Assembly: GCF_009914755.1 (NCBI RefSeq)
Contig: NC_060938.1
Reading direction: 5' to 3' (one strand)
Length of the DNA: 64,000 nucleotides
Origin: the human T2T-CHM13v2.0 reference genome, Homo sapiens
Shown: positions 1-14,742 of the stretch, in pieces
Position numbering within the stretch: position 1 is the first letter of the stretch
Layout of the letters: each line of letters opens with the position of its first letter
Notes under the pieces: model-generated
The model's database searches: none
Told to the model about the DNA's origin: nothing
Seen by the model: only the letters and a program-made list of their open reading frames with translations
Position numbers and translations under genes: made by a program

Positions 1-380
1 TAAAAATTAGGAAATAATAAAGATAAGAGCACAAGTCAATCAACAAAAAAACAGATGAAAAATAAGAGAATATAAATCAAAAGTTAATTCTTTGAAATGG
101 TTAATAAAAGTAGTAAACACCTAGCAAGACTGATAAAGAAAAAAGAGAAAATATAAATTACCAATAACAGAAATTAAATAGAAGATTTCAGAAAAAATCC
201 TAAAAACATTGTGGTGATTGCATGACTGTATAGATGTTGCAAAACTCATTAAATTGCACATCTAATGTGAGTGAATTTGGTTGTATAGAAGTTATACCTC
301 AATAAAACTATAAAAGAATAAATCAGTGTAATTCATTTGATTAATAGAATAAAGAAGAAAAACTATATGATTATATCAGT
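1..380 (+). mobile_element. Old L1 (L1M-type) fragments, ORF2-like plus 3' end piece
   Basis: A-rich sequence resembling L1 ORF2 (INKIDKPLARLIKKKREK-like and INVIHHINR-like); 210-310 resembles an L1M 3' end. Confidence 0.7.
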
Positions 381-1264
381 TGCTGCCAGGTCTCTAGGCT
401 TCAAGATAGAGGACTCTCTACTGGGTTAAATCAGTTTATTTCAGACTGATCTAAGTCTCTGTCTCAATCACTTGTTGATAAGAGCGCCCCTGTGTTTCTC
501 CACAACATGAGATCGTACCTCTTTCAAGGGCCAACTTACCAAATCCCATCAAGTTTCCCCATACTCTGTAATGACCACTTCAGCCCTGCCCTTACCCAAT
601 TTTCTTAGTCATTTTAAAAGGCCGAGGTGAACCTCAAGATTTTCTTGTGTGGGCAATTTCTGTCTTAGCAGGGTTCTAAGAACTAGGCAATGACTAATAG
701 CTACTGCAGTTTGTTGACCTTGTTCCAGCAAAATCTATACTATAAGCACAGGTCATTCCATTCAGGGGATTATTTTTCTCCTGCAGTGGTTATGTGTTAT
801 GACAAAACGAAGTTCAATACCTAATTGTGCGACTGGGCAAATATCCAAGAAGCATCAAATAGGCATAGACTAGGACCTGTGGGAACCTTCCCTCAGGTCC
901 ATGACAAAGAACAAGAAAAACTTGAGATTGTCTTTAAAAATGCAACCTGAAGACACAGTTACTTCTTACTTAGCAAGGGAAAGAAAGGTGAAAATAAATT
1001 ACCTTTGCTTCTGTGTTATTCACACTGCTGGAAACCATAAAAAGGAGGCTTCATTATAATTCTTGAAGGTTCTATTAATATTAGTGGATAATATAGTTTT
1101 GTGGCTTTCTAGTGCTACAAGCTTATTCTGAGCAATACTGCCCTCAACCAATTTCTGGCGCTGGCAATGTTAGGGCTTCTGGGCAGAATCTTGAGGCAAG
1201 ATAGAAAAATTTTTCCATGTTTCTCCATGTGGGTTAAAGACCCAGTGAGAATAAATAGCAAAGA

Positions 1265-1515
1265 AGTAGAGTACAGAGTTTAAGAAAATAGATTTGATAT
1301 CAGGCAAACCTAGGTTTCAGTTTCAGTTTTGCCGATAATTAAACATGTGGCTTTGGAAAAGCTGTTTAACCCTTCCAAGACTTAGTTTCTTCATCTCTAG
1401 GATGGGCATAATACTACCACCTACTTTACAGGGTAGTCAGAATTACATAAAATAATTATTGTAAAGGGCATTTGACAGTGTCTGACAAAGAGTGAAAGAA
1501 CTTATACTACTATTT
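1265..1515 (+). mobile_element. MIR SINE
   Basis: Degenerate MIR core (cttagtttcttcatctctaggatggg...). Confidence 0.7.
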
Positions 1516-1652
1516 ATTTCTTCATATTTACATATATTTTATGCTAGGGGAATTGGCACTCAGGTATGTTGCCAGTGAGAATATAAATTGGTACAGTTTC
1601 TTTGGAGGTTAATTTGATAGTTTATGTTAAATTTTTAAAATCCCATAGGCTT

Positions 1653-3956
1653 TGATATGATTCCGCTGTATCCCCACCCAAACCTTACCTTGAATTGTGG
1701 TTCCCATAATCCCCACGTGTCATGGGAGGGACCTGGTGGGAGGCAATTGAATCATGGGGCTGGTTACCTTCATGCTATTCTCATGATAGTGAGTGAGTTC
1801 TCACAAAATCTGGTAGTTTTATAAGATGCTTTTCCCCCCACTTCGCTCATACTTCTCCTTGCTGACACCATGTGCAGGACACATTTGCTTCCCCTTCCGC
1901 CGTGATTGTAAGTTTCCTGAGGCTTCCCTAGCCATGCTAAACTGTGACTCAATTAAACCTCTTTCCTTTATAAATTACCCAGTCTTGGGCACTTCTTTAT
2001 AGGCAGTGTGAGAATGGACTAATACAGTAAATTGGTAGCACAGTGAGTGGGGTGCTGCTGTAAAGTCACCCAAAAATGTGGAAGCAACTTTGGAACTGGG
2101 TAACACACAGAGGTGGAGATAGTTTAGAGGGCTCAGAAGACAGGAAAATGTGGGAAAGTTTGGAAATTTCTTTTGGAACTTCCTGGAGACTTGTTGAATG
2201 GCTTTGACCAAAATGCCAAAAGTGTTATGGACTATGAAGTCCAGGCTGAGGTAGTCTCAGACTGAGATGAGGAACTTACTGGGAACTGGAATAAAGTTGA
2301 TTCTTCCTATGCTTTAGCAAAGAGACTGATGGCATTTTGCTCCTGACCTAGAGATCTGTGGAACTTCAAGCTTGAGAGAGATAATTTAGGGTATCTGGTG
2401 GAAGAAATTTCTAAGCGGCAAAGTGTTCAAGAGGAAGCAGAGCATAAAAGTTTGGAAAATTTGCAGCCTGACAATATGATAGAAAAGAAAAACCCATTTT
2501 CTGGGGAGAAATTCAAGCTGGCTGCAGAAATTTGCAAAGTAACAAGGAGCTGAATGTTAATCATCAAGACAATGGGGAAAATTCTCCAGGGCATGTCAGA
2601 GACCTTCACAGCAGCCCCTCCCATCACAGGCCCAGAGGCCTAGGAGGGAAAAATGGTTTTGTGGGCCAGGCCCAGTGTCCCCCTCCTCTATGCAGCCTCA
2701 GTACCTGATGCCCTGAGTCCCAGTTGCTTCAGCTCCAGCCATGTCTAAAAGAGGCCAAGATACAACTCAGGCCATTGCTTCAGAGAGTACGAGTCCCAAG
2801 CCTTGGTGGCTTACACATGGTATTTGGCCTGTGGGTGCACAGAAGTCAAGAACTGATGTTTCAGAAGCTCTGCCTAGATTTCAGAAGATGCACGGAAATG
2901 CCTGGATGTCCAGGCAGAAGTCTGTTGCAGAGGCAGAGCTCTCATGGAGAACCTCTGCTAGGGTGGTGAAGAAGAGAAATGTGGGGTTGGAGTCCCCACA
3001 CAAAGTCCCCACTGGGGCACTGCCTAGTGGAGCTATGAGAAGAGGATCACCATCCTCCAGACCCCAGAATGGTAGATCCACCAACAGCTTGCACTGTATG
3101 CCTGGAAAAGCCATAGACACTCAAGACCAACCATGAAAGCAGCCAGGAGGTGGGCTGTACCCTGCAAAGCCACAGGGGCAGAGTTGCCCCAGGCTGTGGA
3201 GCCCATCTCGAGCATCAGCATGACCTGGATGTGAGACATGGAGCCAAAGGAGATCACTTTGGAACTTTAAGGTTTAATGACTGCCCTATTGGATTTTGGA
3301 CTTGCATGAGGCCTGTAGCCCCTTTGTTTTGGCCAATCTCTGCCATTTGGAATGGGTATATTTACCCAATGCCTTTCCCCCACTTATATCTAGGAAGTAA
3401 CTAATTTGCTTTTGATTTTACAGGCTGATAGGTGGAAGGGACTTGCCCTGTTTCAGAGGAAACTTCGGACTTGGACTTTTGAGTTAATACTGGAATGAGT
3501 TAATACTTTGGGGGCCTGTTGGAAGAGCATGATTGTGTTTTGAAATGTGAGGACATGAGGCTTGGGAGGGGCTGGGGGAGGGACTGATATGGTCTGGCTG
3601 TGTGCCCACCCAAATCTCATCTTAAATTGTAGATCCCATAATCCCCACATATCTTGGGAGGAACCTTGTGGGAGGTAATTGAAACATGGGGATGGTTACC
3701 CTCATGCTGTTCTCATGACAGTGAGTGAGTTCTCATGAGATCTGATGGTTTTACAAGGGGATTTCCCTGGCTTCACTCATACTTCTCCTTGCTGCCACCA
3801 TGTGAAGTAGAAAATGTTTGCCTTCCCTTCCACCATGATTGTAATTTTCCTGAGGCCTCCCCAGCCTTGCTGAACTATGTCAATTAAACCTCTTTCCTTT
3901 ATAAATAACCCCGTCTCAGACAGTTCTTCATAGCAGCATGAGAATGGACTAATATA
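1653..3956 (+). mobile_element. Full-length THE1D-type MaLR retroelement (5' LTR 1653-2026, internal 2027-3584, 3' LTR 3585-3956), inserted in an old L1 fragment
   Basis: Two ~370-bp direct LTRs starting TGATATG and ending CTAATA(C/T)A; THE1 internal sequence; purine tract before the 3' LTR; 5-bp TSD GGCTT/GCCTT; L1-like sequence continues across it (1545-1652 / 3957-4020). Confidence 0.93.
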
Positions 3957-4415
3957 GCCTTCAACCCTGCAATTCCACTTCTAGTTGTCCATATCAAAGA
4001 AGTGTTCATATGTGTATATTTAACTCTAAAAAACTTGGATTTGGTACACTGATAAGCTTAACAAACATACCTATAGACAACATTTCCCCTGTGTCCCATA
4101 CCATGCCAGTATGAACTGGAAGAGTAGCTTTATTAAAGAATCATAAGCAGCAGGTTTCTTAAACTTCCAAGAAAGTCAGTCATTATTCCCTGCTATTTAA
4201 AAAATGCATATTATATAAGCCTTAGATTGTAGAATAAGGAATCTTAGAAATAATGTAGTTTTACTATCTCCTCTTATGGATCAGAAAACTTTAGGCCCAC
4301 TGAGGTAAAGCAACTACCTCTGGTTACCCAACTAGAAGATGACAGAGCCCCATATGTCTCCAAACCATACTGTGTCCTTTATACTGTCCAAAATTTCATT
4401 CTTCCTTATTTTCAG

Positions 4416-4865
4416 TGTGGCAGGCATAGCTAGTTGTTTATCCAATATCTATTCTTCATTTTTTCCTTCATAAGAGTAAAAAATAATAGCTTACCCAAAT
4501 GCTCTTATAGCCAGACCTAGTTCTGGCCAATGAAATGTAAATGGAAGTCTATTGGGTGGGGCCTTTCAGGAAAGCTATATTTTCCTGATTTAAAAAGAGA
4601 AGGATCTTACTGGCATGCAATTTCTATGCCCTTCTCCATGTTTTCTCTTGAAATGAAGACATGATATGTGGCATGTCAGCAGCCATATTGTCCCTATGAT
4701 GACAAAGCCACACACTAAAAGCTAGTAAGGCAGAAATACAGGAGTCTAGGGCACTGACGACATTGCACGGCCCCTGGATCAGCCTTGGACTGGCTACCTC
4801 TTGTCACTTTTTGTTATGCTGAAAACATAAGCCCCTTTTTGGTTAAGCCACTGTAATTCTATTTT
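4416..4865 (+). mobile_element. MLT1J/I-like MaLR solo LTR
   Basis: tgtggcag start, ttctggccaatga motif, cagccatattg, ttaagccactg end resemble MLT1J. Confidence 0.7.
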
Positions 4866-5149
4866 CACTTTCCTTTTGTTTCCCAAGGAGGACGGAGGCT
4901 GGCGTATCAACTCTGCTATATCTAAATTCATGTTGCCTTATTCATTCCTGTTTCAGAGGAAGAAGAAATCATCCTTCCCCCACCCCAATTTAACAATTTC
5001 CATCACTTTCTGCTTCTTTCCATTTCCTTCTTTACTTAACTCACTGTATCTTTTCATACCCTACTCCTAGCTCTAAAAACATCCTTTAACTTTGTCTTCA
5101 GTTTCCCCTCCCTTACGAAATACCATTCCTTTGTTTCACTTCACATCTA

Positions 5150-5527
<378 letters not shown>

Positions 5528-5539
5528 CTAACCTAAGGT

Positions 5540-6035
5540 CTACTCCACAACTCACTTCATCTGAACTTTTGGAGCCTTTGCCATTGTTGACCCACCTTTC
5601 CCCTCTTAAACTCTGACCTCTCTTGACTTCATGACACCATTTTCTCCTACCTTCCCAACCTCTGACCCAGGTTCCTTCTGTGGCTCCTCTTTACCTGCCT
5701 TTCCTTAGGTGCTAGGGTCCTCAGGTATCCTCCTAGCCTCTCACCTTCTCATTCTATGCCCCTCTGAAGGAAGCTTCTTTCACTCTCATGGCTCCAATTA
5801 CCTTGTATTTGCTAATTTTCTCCAAAACTACTTATGTATCTCCTGCTGTTGTTGGCTTCCCCTCCCCCCGAACTTCAGATCAATATTTTTAATCACCTTG
5901 TGGATACTCTCCAACTTCTCCTGGAACTTCAAACTCAGCACATCCAAAGCCACAATCTTCCCATCCTTGACTAAACCTGTCACTGCTGTATTTCCTGTCT
6001 CAGAAACTGATCATTGTGCTTCCAAGCATCCAAAC
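5540..6035 (+). mobile_element. L2 LINE fragment
   Basis: Pyrimidine-rich L2 motifs (cttcaaactcagcacatccaaa). Confidence 0.6.
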
Positions 6036-6869
6036 CACTACAATCAACACACATATATTCCTAAAAATCAGTGTATTGGACAAACTTGATCAATAAAAAG
6101 CACAGGATATATGGGAAAAATGGGCATAACACTCAAAAACATCATCAATGGCACTTAAAAGTGGTAGAACCTAATGAAAACAGTAGGATGGTCTTACACA
6201 TGTTAAATGGTTAATAAAATAATAAAATACATAAATAACACAATAAACATGGCACTGTAAAAAGACCTGAAGTTTGCCTGTGGAAGAGGGTGTCAGAAGA
6301 GCTGCAGTTTGTGTATTATTGTGAATTAGTGGAAGGAGGATTACCAGAAATCAGGCTAAAAGTTGTAACATCAGGTGTGGATGGATGTAGCTCCTGACAC
6401 ACACGGTGAACTGAGGTAACTGCTATATGTTTGTTTGAGGTGTGTGCACCGTGTGTGTTCTGTGTATTTTTAAACTGGGTGCAGTTTTCTTCATACACTT
6501 AGTGTTTCTTGGAGGACAAATATATGCATAAGTATTCTGAAGTTCAGATTTCACTCAAATTTTTCTCTAATTATCAATAGGACTGGAGCAAATTTAAACT
6601 TGCAAAATAAGCTTTACAGTCAAACTGATGGTATCTTGGAAAACTCAACTGGTTCATCCACAACAGGCACTTGGTCACTAATGCCCATGATTTTTGCTCC
6701 TATTTATGTGTTTCTTCTTCATTCCTGCCATTGCTGCTCCAGTCTAGATGCTCACTACCTCCTTTCTGTACTATTGCAACAACCACTTCATGCTCTTTCC
6801 ACTACAGTGCCTTGTCTTACCCACATTGGTCAGGGGCTTAGGAATGCCATACCTGTAATGGTGTCCTGG

Positions 6870-7060
6870 GCCAGCACCAATGAGTGAGGGCTTCTATTGT
6901 TTGACCAAGCTATGATACACGATTCCTGAGCCATTTGCTCACTATAAGATGGGCAATTGTAGCCTCAAAAAGGATTGTTGTGATGATTAAAGAGAGAATC
7001 TATGGCAACCATCCACATGGCTTCTAGCACATAGTAGACATTTGATAATAGTTGTTCTTG
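6870..7060 (+). mobile_element. MIR
   Basis: ggattgttgtgatgattaaa...tagcacatagtag. Confidence 0.55.
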
Positions 7061-7659
7061 TTCCCCTTTCCTATTTGTTGCTCAACTAAAAATATGATTT
7101 AAAAACATTAAAAATATAAACAGTGACTCTGTATTTCCTGTAGGATTAAGCCAAATCACTTGAGAAAGGCTTCTAAGACCCTCTCAATCTGTATCGAACA
7201 TGGTTTTCAGCCTCATGCTCTTTATCCCCAGTCCAAGTCACTTAATTTTTAATACCTTCCCAACTGTTGCCTCCCTCCCTCACCCATAAAAAACAAACAA
7301 ACAAACAAAAACCTTTGGTACACCCTCTGAACTCCCACCACGTAATGTACAAATACCACTCATACAGCATCTCCCAGTCCTGTGTAGCAGACTATTTGTC
7401 ACCCAGCAAACACCCAGGGCCCCCACCCCATTCTCCTTTACTAATATGCAGCAGCTCTAGCCTGGATTAGATGCCAGTACACACAGAGCAGGACAAATCC
7501 AAGACTATTACAGAGAAGAAGAATGGGAACTTTATGTAATGCACATGATACCTGCCCTACCTCTGAACTACTTTATATTTTATACAATAAATATCTTGTT
7601 GTTCAGGCCACTTTGACCTAGGTTTTCTGTCACCTGCAGTGGAAAACTGGTATTAGATT

Positions 7660-7815
7660 TATTTATAAGTCTCACTCCCTGGTAATGTTGAGAAACCCAC
7701 AGGTCTTCAGTTTTATATCCTCAGCACTAAGAAGTACATGACACATACTAGATGGTCAGCAAATATTTTTTGGAGGGATGGATGGGTGGATGGATGAATG
7801 GGTGGGTGGATGAAT
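7660..7815 (+). mobile_element. L2 3' end with (TGGA)n-like tail
   Basis: tatatcctcagcacta...aaatatttt followed by ggatggatgggtggatgg. Confidence 0.5.
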
Positions 7816-8259
7816 CTTCTGGCATCCTGCCTATTATACTTTCCAGTGTTTACCTCCTTCTCAAATATCCTGCTAACCATGGAATCTTAGCATTAGATAA
7901 GAAATAAAGGGAAGGCAAGGTGTCTAGACAAGAAGTCCAGAAAGCAATAAAATAGAAAAGCAGCCAAGAATTTATACTGGGAGTGCCTTAAGGTATCAAG
8001 GGAAAGAACATGAGCCTTTTCCTGGGGACTTTGTTGCAGGGATGTGGAGTGGGGGATGTTTCTATTGGCCACCCAACCCTCCTCCTTTAGCTTCAATTTC
8101 CCCTTTCACCAGAGCCTCAACACCAACACTTCAAGCACAGTTGTATATTCCACAGGTGAAGGGAGGAAGTGGGAATCCACTAAACCAACAAAATCTGGAG
8201 ATATAGCCTTCTGATGAACTAGCCAGATACAGGGAGAGAGCATAATCATGATATGGAAC

Positions 8260-8617
8260 TGCTACGGCTTGAATGTGTCCTCTCCAAAATTAAGGTGTGC
8301 CCAGTGTGATGGGATTAAGCAGTGGGGCCATTAAGAGGTGATTGAGGTCATGAGAATTCCTCCCTTGTGAATGGGATTAAGGCCCTCATAAAAGAGACTT
8401 CATGCAACATTCAGCTAGCTTGCTCTTCTGTTCTCTGCCATGTGAGAACATGGCATCCCTTCCCTTCAGATGATGCAGCCCTCACCAGACAAGTGAACCT
8501 GCTGGCACCTTGATCTTGGATTTCCTGGCCTCCAGAACTGTGAGAAATAAATTCCTCTTGATTATAAATGGATATAAACAGGTATTCTCTTATAGCAGCA
8601 TAAAATGGACTAAGACT
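8260..8617 (+). mobile_element. MSTC-like MaLR solo LTR
   Basis: tgctacggcttgaatgtgtcc ... ggactaagac termini, AATAAA. Confidence 0.8.
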
Positions 8618-8861
8618 TTTCTATAGAGTAGTTGCTATACATAAGGCATTCTCTCAATTTGCCTGCATCATCTCATTTGGTCCTCACTGCCACTCAGTAA
8701 AATAGGAACTATGACTTGCCCCACTTGACAGATGAGAAAATTGGAGCTTCAAGTTTAGATAGTGTACCCATGGCCAGTAATTGGTGAATGTAACTCCAGG
8801 GCCTAGCATATAGTGCTCAGAGAAATGGATGCAAAGCTGCCTTCCAAGTGTCTTTCTCAAA

Positions 8862-9195
8862 TATTTTTAGTCTGTTTCCTGCTGCTATAACAGAATACTA
8901 CAGACTGAGTAATTATAAAGACAAGAAGTGTATTTAGCTCATAGTTCTGGAGGCTGGGAAGTCCAAGGGCATGGTGCCAGCATCTGGTGAGGGTCTTTTT
9001 GCTTTGTCATAGTATGAAGGAGGGCATCACATGGTGAAAGGCAAGGAGCAAGAGAGATGGAGAAAACTCGCTTTTATAACAAAGCCACTCCCTCAATAAC
9101 AAACCCCCTCCCATGATAGTGACATTAATCCATGAAGGCAGATTGATTAAGTTTCCAGTATATGAACTTTTGAGATACACATTCAAATAATAGCA
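8862..9195 (-). mobile_element. MST-family MaLR solo LTR
   Basis: ttagtctgtttcctgctgctataacag ... cacattcaaataatagca is a reverse MST LTR. Confidence 0.8.
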
Positions 9196-9254
9196 AATAT
9201 CAGTTGGTTAGAAGTCCATTTTGCTTTGATTTTGAACTAGAATTTATTGAGCAG

Positions 9255-9668
9255 TGATATGGTTTGGATCTTCATCCCCACCCAAATCTCATTGTAATCC
9301 CAGTGTTAGAGGTGGGGTCTGGTGGGAGATGATTGAATCATGGGGGAGGATACTTCATGAATGGTTTAGCACCATCCCCTCTGTGCTGTTCTCATGATAG
9401 TGAGTGAGTGAATTATTGTGAGATCTGGTTGTTTAAAAGTGTGTAGCACCTCCCCTCTCTTTCTTTCTCCTGCTCCAGCCATGTCTTACTTGCCTGCTTC
9501 TCCTTTGCCTTCCACCACGATTGTAACTTTCCTGAGAACTCCCAGAAGCGGAAGAAGCTATGATTCCTGTATAGCCTGCAGAACCAAGAGCCAATTAAAC
9601 CTCATTTCTTCATAAATTACCCAGTCTTAGGTATTATTTTAATTGCAATGCAAGAATGGACTAATATA
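9255..9668 (+). mobile_element. MSTA/B MaLR solo LTR inserted in a MIR
   Basis: TGATATGG...CTAATATA termini; perfect 5-bp TSD AGCAG (9250-9254 / 9669-9673). Confidence 0.9.
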
Positions 9669-10129
9669 AGCAGCTACTAATGTGTTTGACCTTTTATATA
9701 CCTTACTTCATATATCCTTTAGACCTAAGTGTTATCCACTGAGAACATGGTGATCCAGAGGGGTTTAGAAACCATACCAGTGTCATCCAACTAGTAAGTG
9801 ACAGAGTTGCAATAAGAACCCTGGCCCACCTAAATTCAAAATTCTTTCCGGTGTCCCACAGCTGCTTCCATTGTCAACTATGGCCTGAAGAAGACAAGCT
9901 GTACATAGGAAGGCACCCATGCATTCTGTGCAATCCAAGTAACAGGGCCCACATTTTATAAGAAAATTGGAGAATAACGACATGTATTCCTAACTCACTG
10001 AAGGGCCAACCAACCAGTCACTGAGGAGTCCAAAACCAGGGTCAAATTTTCCCTAGAGACAGTGGTGTGCTCTAAACCGGTTCCCCTCTGGTTTTAAGTG
10101 TCTCCTCTACTACTTATCCCCTAAGTCTC

Positions 10130-11180
10130 AATTTAATGTTGTTTTCCCCAGGAAGCCTCCCCTGGGTCCACAGACTAGGTCAGACCTGTTACAGATTTCT
10201 AAATACTGGGCACTTCACTTTCCAATTATTATCCATACATCACCTGCCTTCTCCACTAGGCTGTCAGCTTTCTCACTCCTTATGGTGAAGGATAGCATTC
10301 TCCATACAGCAGCCAGAGAAATCCTTCTAAAAGGCAAGTCAGTTCTTACCACTTCTCAGCTCCAAACCTTGAAAGGCTGCCCACCCCTGTCAGAATAAAC
10401 TTTTAAGTTTATTCTCTCTCCCACCACTCTCCCCACTCTTACTCCACTGTTGCCACACTGGCTTCCCTGCTTTTCCTTTGATATGGCAAACACAGCCCTG
10501 CCTCAGACCATTGCAGGTGCTGGTTCCTCTCCTGGGTAAACCACAAGATCCACTCCCTTACTTTCACCGGGTCTCTGTTTAGATGTTACCTTTTCAGTCT
10601 GGGCACAGTGACTCACACCTGTAATCCCAGCACTTTGGGAGGCCAAGGCGGGCAGATCACTTGAGCTCAGGAGTCCAAGACCAGCCTGGCCAACATGGTG
10701 AAATCCCATCTCTAATAAAAATACAAAAATTAGCCAGGTGTGGTGGTGTGTGCCTGTAGTCCCAGCTACTCGGGGAGGCTGAGGCAGGAGAATCGCTTAA
10801 ACCCGGGAGGCAGAGGTTGCAGTAAGCAGAGATCGTGCCTCTCCAGCCTGGGCGATGGAGTGAGACTCTGTCACACAATCAATCAATAATCAATCAATCA
10901 ATAGAAATAAAAAGATAAATGTTTGTTACCTTTTCAGAAAGCCCTTCACTGCTCACCTTATCAAACAAAACCCTCATCTCTCCAGTGTCTCTCCCCCTTA
11001 CCCTGTTCTATTACTCTTCTTAGCCCCCATGACCACATGACAAACTTTAAACTTCTTGGTTGATTGGTTTATCCTCTGCTCTCCCTCTAGCAGGTGGGCT
11101 CCTTGAGAGAAGAGTCTTCATCTATTTTGACTACTGTTATGCCCCGGCCACCCAGAACAGTACCTGGCTTACTAGTGCTT
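10130..11180 (+). mobile_element. L2 fragment interrupted by an Alu
   Basis: L2 3'-region motifs on both sides of the Alu. Confidence 0.6.
10597..10920 (+). mobile_element. AluS with (AATC)n tail
   Basis: Dimer; TSD TGTTACCTTTTCAG at 10584 and 10924. Confidence 0.95.
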
Positions 11181-11706
11181 CTTTCCTAAGAACATATTCA
11201 AATACTAAATCCTAGAAAGATTCATGGAAGAATCTTGAAATGGTTCTGGTACACTGCTTTTTATTTTTAGTGACATTGCCTCAGGGTGATATATTTATTT
11301 TTATTTTCTGGTAATATCTTTCTAGCATTGGTCATCCTACTTTTTCACTAATTCACCTTTTTGAGGAGAAAATAGTCCCCTGGGCTGTAGTGCCAGCACT
11401 TATAAAGTATAGCTCACAGAAGCTTTTGAGAAACCTGTAAAATCTGCCCGTGCTTTGCCACGCGCTGAGGAAACATAAAGGTATTTTAATATCAAAGGTC
11501 AGAGGCACTGTTTCTTTTATCTTTTCCTCAGAAGAAATTACTTTTAGTTTAAAGAACATACCCAAGTAATTTCCATCTGTAAACAAATGGAGTTTGAAAG
11601 TGAATGTATTCACATACCCATATTTGCTTAGTACAAACCTATACAAATTTTTTTTTTCTCTGTTCTTTCTTGTCTTACTTAAGTAATGGATAGTAGCAGG
11701 GAGTCA

Positions 11707-12238
<532 letters not shown>

Positions 12239-12414
12239 TCATTGTTAGGATAGAACCGGGCCCACGTCCCACCATAGTAGCTGACCAACTAGTTCATGGG
12301 CCATCTCTCCTTCACCCTGTCTTCAGTTCTGCCATGACTTGTTGAGTCTGCTTGGAGTTCTTTAAGTTTTTCATGGCTCTGCTTCCTTACTGTAAAATGA
12401 AGTCTGTGCCCCTG

Positions 12415-12650
12415 TATAACATGATGATTAAGTGCGCAGGACGTAGAGCTAGCCGGGTTCTAATCCTGGCGCCTTAACGCACTAGCTTTCTGATGTGGGG
12501 CAAATTATTTAATCTTTCCTAGTCAAAGCTCTCATTCGTAAAACGGGGGAATCATGGTACCCAACTTTGAAGATTGTCATGAGGATTAAGTGAAGGTTTA
12601 AAAGTGTTTGCCACATAGTGAACATTCAGCGTTATCTACTATTATTATCC
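12415..12650 (+). mobile_element. MIR
   Basis: gggttctaatcctggc...gtcatgaggattaa. Confidence 0.7.
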
Positions 12651-12831
12651 TTTTAGGAGCTAGGATGCTTTTGGCTGCAAGAAACAGAAAATAGAACTAG
12701 AAATGATTTAAATAAGTGGTTTCCAAATTTTTGTGATCACTAAAAATATTTTTTCTAGCCTGCTCTCTAATAAATGCATGTTTGAAAATTATGTCCTTAA
12801 ATAATTATATTAATATTTACATATATAATAA

Positions 12832-13148
<317 letters not shown>

Positions 13149-13929
13149 CCTAGTAGGGGTTTTTAACCTGCCAGCTATAGTGACAGAGGCCAGCGTGCTC
13201 ATTTCTTCTTTCCATAGAAATACCACTTTCCTTGGACACAGTACATCATACTCAGTTCCCGTGGCCCTAGTTCACCATGCCCTCTGGGAGGGACACACCT
13301 ATCATGCTGATGGACTCTGGGATCTACTCTCTGCCCTGTGATCAGCCCCTGCCATTTCATAACATCCAGAGTTTCTGCTTTATTCATGAGACATATAGCA
13401 TTTTCCTATTAAACCAACTAGCTTTTTTCCCTCCTCTTTCCTTTGTTTTCCATTCACATTTTCCAGACCTTGTCCAATAAGTAAGGCCAGCTTTTTGCCA
13501 TCACTTCAGGCATAGTCTTCAGAGAGACAGAGAATGGGTACTGATGCAATATGACACATGATGGAGTTTGCTATCTTCTTCTCTTGTCTCTGCAAAGTGC
13601 ACATACCCTACTTAGAGTCTGTGAGTCTTCCATCTCTGACATGCTGATGGCTCCTGAAATCATTGTATGGTGACACTGCTGTGGTCCCCAAGCCTGGACT
13701 GAATAGTCAGTGCAGGGCAAAGCGTCGGCATTCACACCATTGCCAGCCTCTTTGTCATTGCCTGCACCAGCCCTTGCCACTTTTCCTGATTCATCCCCAC
13801 ACTGGCAAGCCTCTGAGTAGGTGTGAGTTCTGAGCCAAGCTGCATTTAGAAGGGTCTAAAAAATACAGACCCAGTGAAGGAGAGGCATGGAAGGGTCAAA
13901 GGCACCATTTCAAAGAAGGCGAATTTTGT

Positions 13930-14140
13930 AACATAATGCATTGGAAAGCCAAACTTGAACGTGAATCCCAATATCCTGATTCATAGCTATGTGACCTTAG
14001 GGTTCTCTAAACCTGAATTTTATCACTTGGAAAATGAAGGTTATGATACCTCCTTTTGGGTAATTGTGAAAAATAAGTAAGATAAGGTATGTTAGCAGGC
14101 CCAGCCTAATGTTTAGCATGCATTAGGCACTTAATACATG
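13930..14140 (+). mobile_element. MIR
   Basis: tagctatgtgacctt...gcacttaataca. Confidence 0.6.
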
Positions 14141-14450
14141 CCAGCCCCCTTTCTCTTTCCAGTCTTTAATATAAACCGATTGCCCAGGTTTCGATCAGTA
14201 TAGAGTCATATTCTTTCACAGCTGGCAAATGTGATTACTTGCCTGAGAGTTATTCCATGGTCTCAGACTATAAAACGAAAGTGGCTCGAAAGAGAGGGAA
14301 AATATCAGAAATGGGAATGTGACAAAGCAGTCACTGTATTGCAACTGCCTGTTCGTTTGTCGATACCCCTCAGCTCCTTGGGAATGGAAGCCAGGTATCC
14401 CCAAGGCTTAGGCCCTGCCCCTGTTTAGCACACAGCTAAGCCTTGACAAA

Positions 14451-14742
14451 TCTTTTCTCTTTTCTTTTTTGAGGCAGGGTCTCTGTTGCCCAGGTTGGAG
14501 TGCAGTGGTGCAATCATGGCTCACTGCAGCCTTGAACTCCTAGGCTCAAGTGATTCTTCTATTTCAGTCTTCTGAGCAGCTAGGACTACAGGCACATATC
14601 ACCACGTCTGCCTAATTTTTAAAATTATTTATAAAGATGGAGTCTTGATATCTCGCCCAGGCTGGTCTCAAATTATTGGTCTCAATCCCGCTTTGGCCTC
14701 CCAAAGTTCTGGGATTGCAGGCAAGAGCCACTGTGTCCAGTC
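14451..14742 (-). mobile_element. AluJ
   Basis: Diverged reverse Alu. Confidence 0.9.

Noticed and set aside
2724-3404. ORFs of 74-131 aa
   Set aside because: They lie in the decayed THE1 internal region; fragments of repeat, not genes.
6040-6610. Possible Tigger-type DNA transposon fossil
   Set aside because: Could not identify TIRs or family with confidence.
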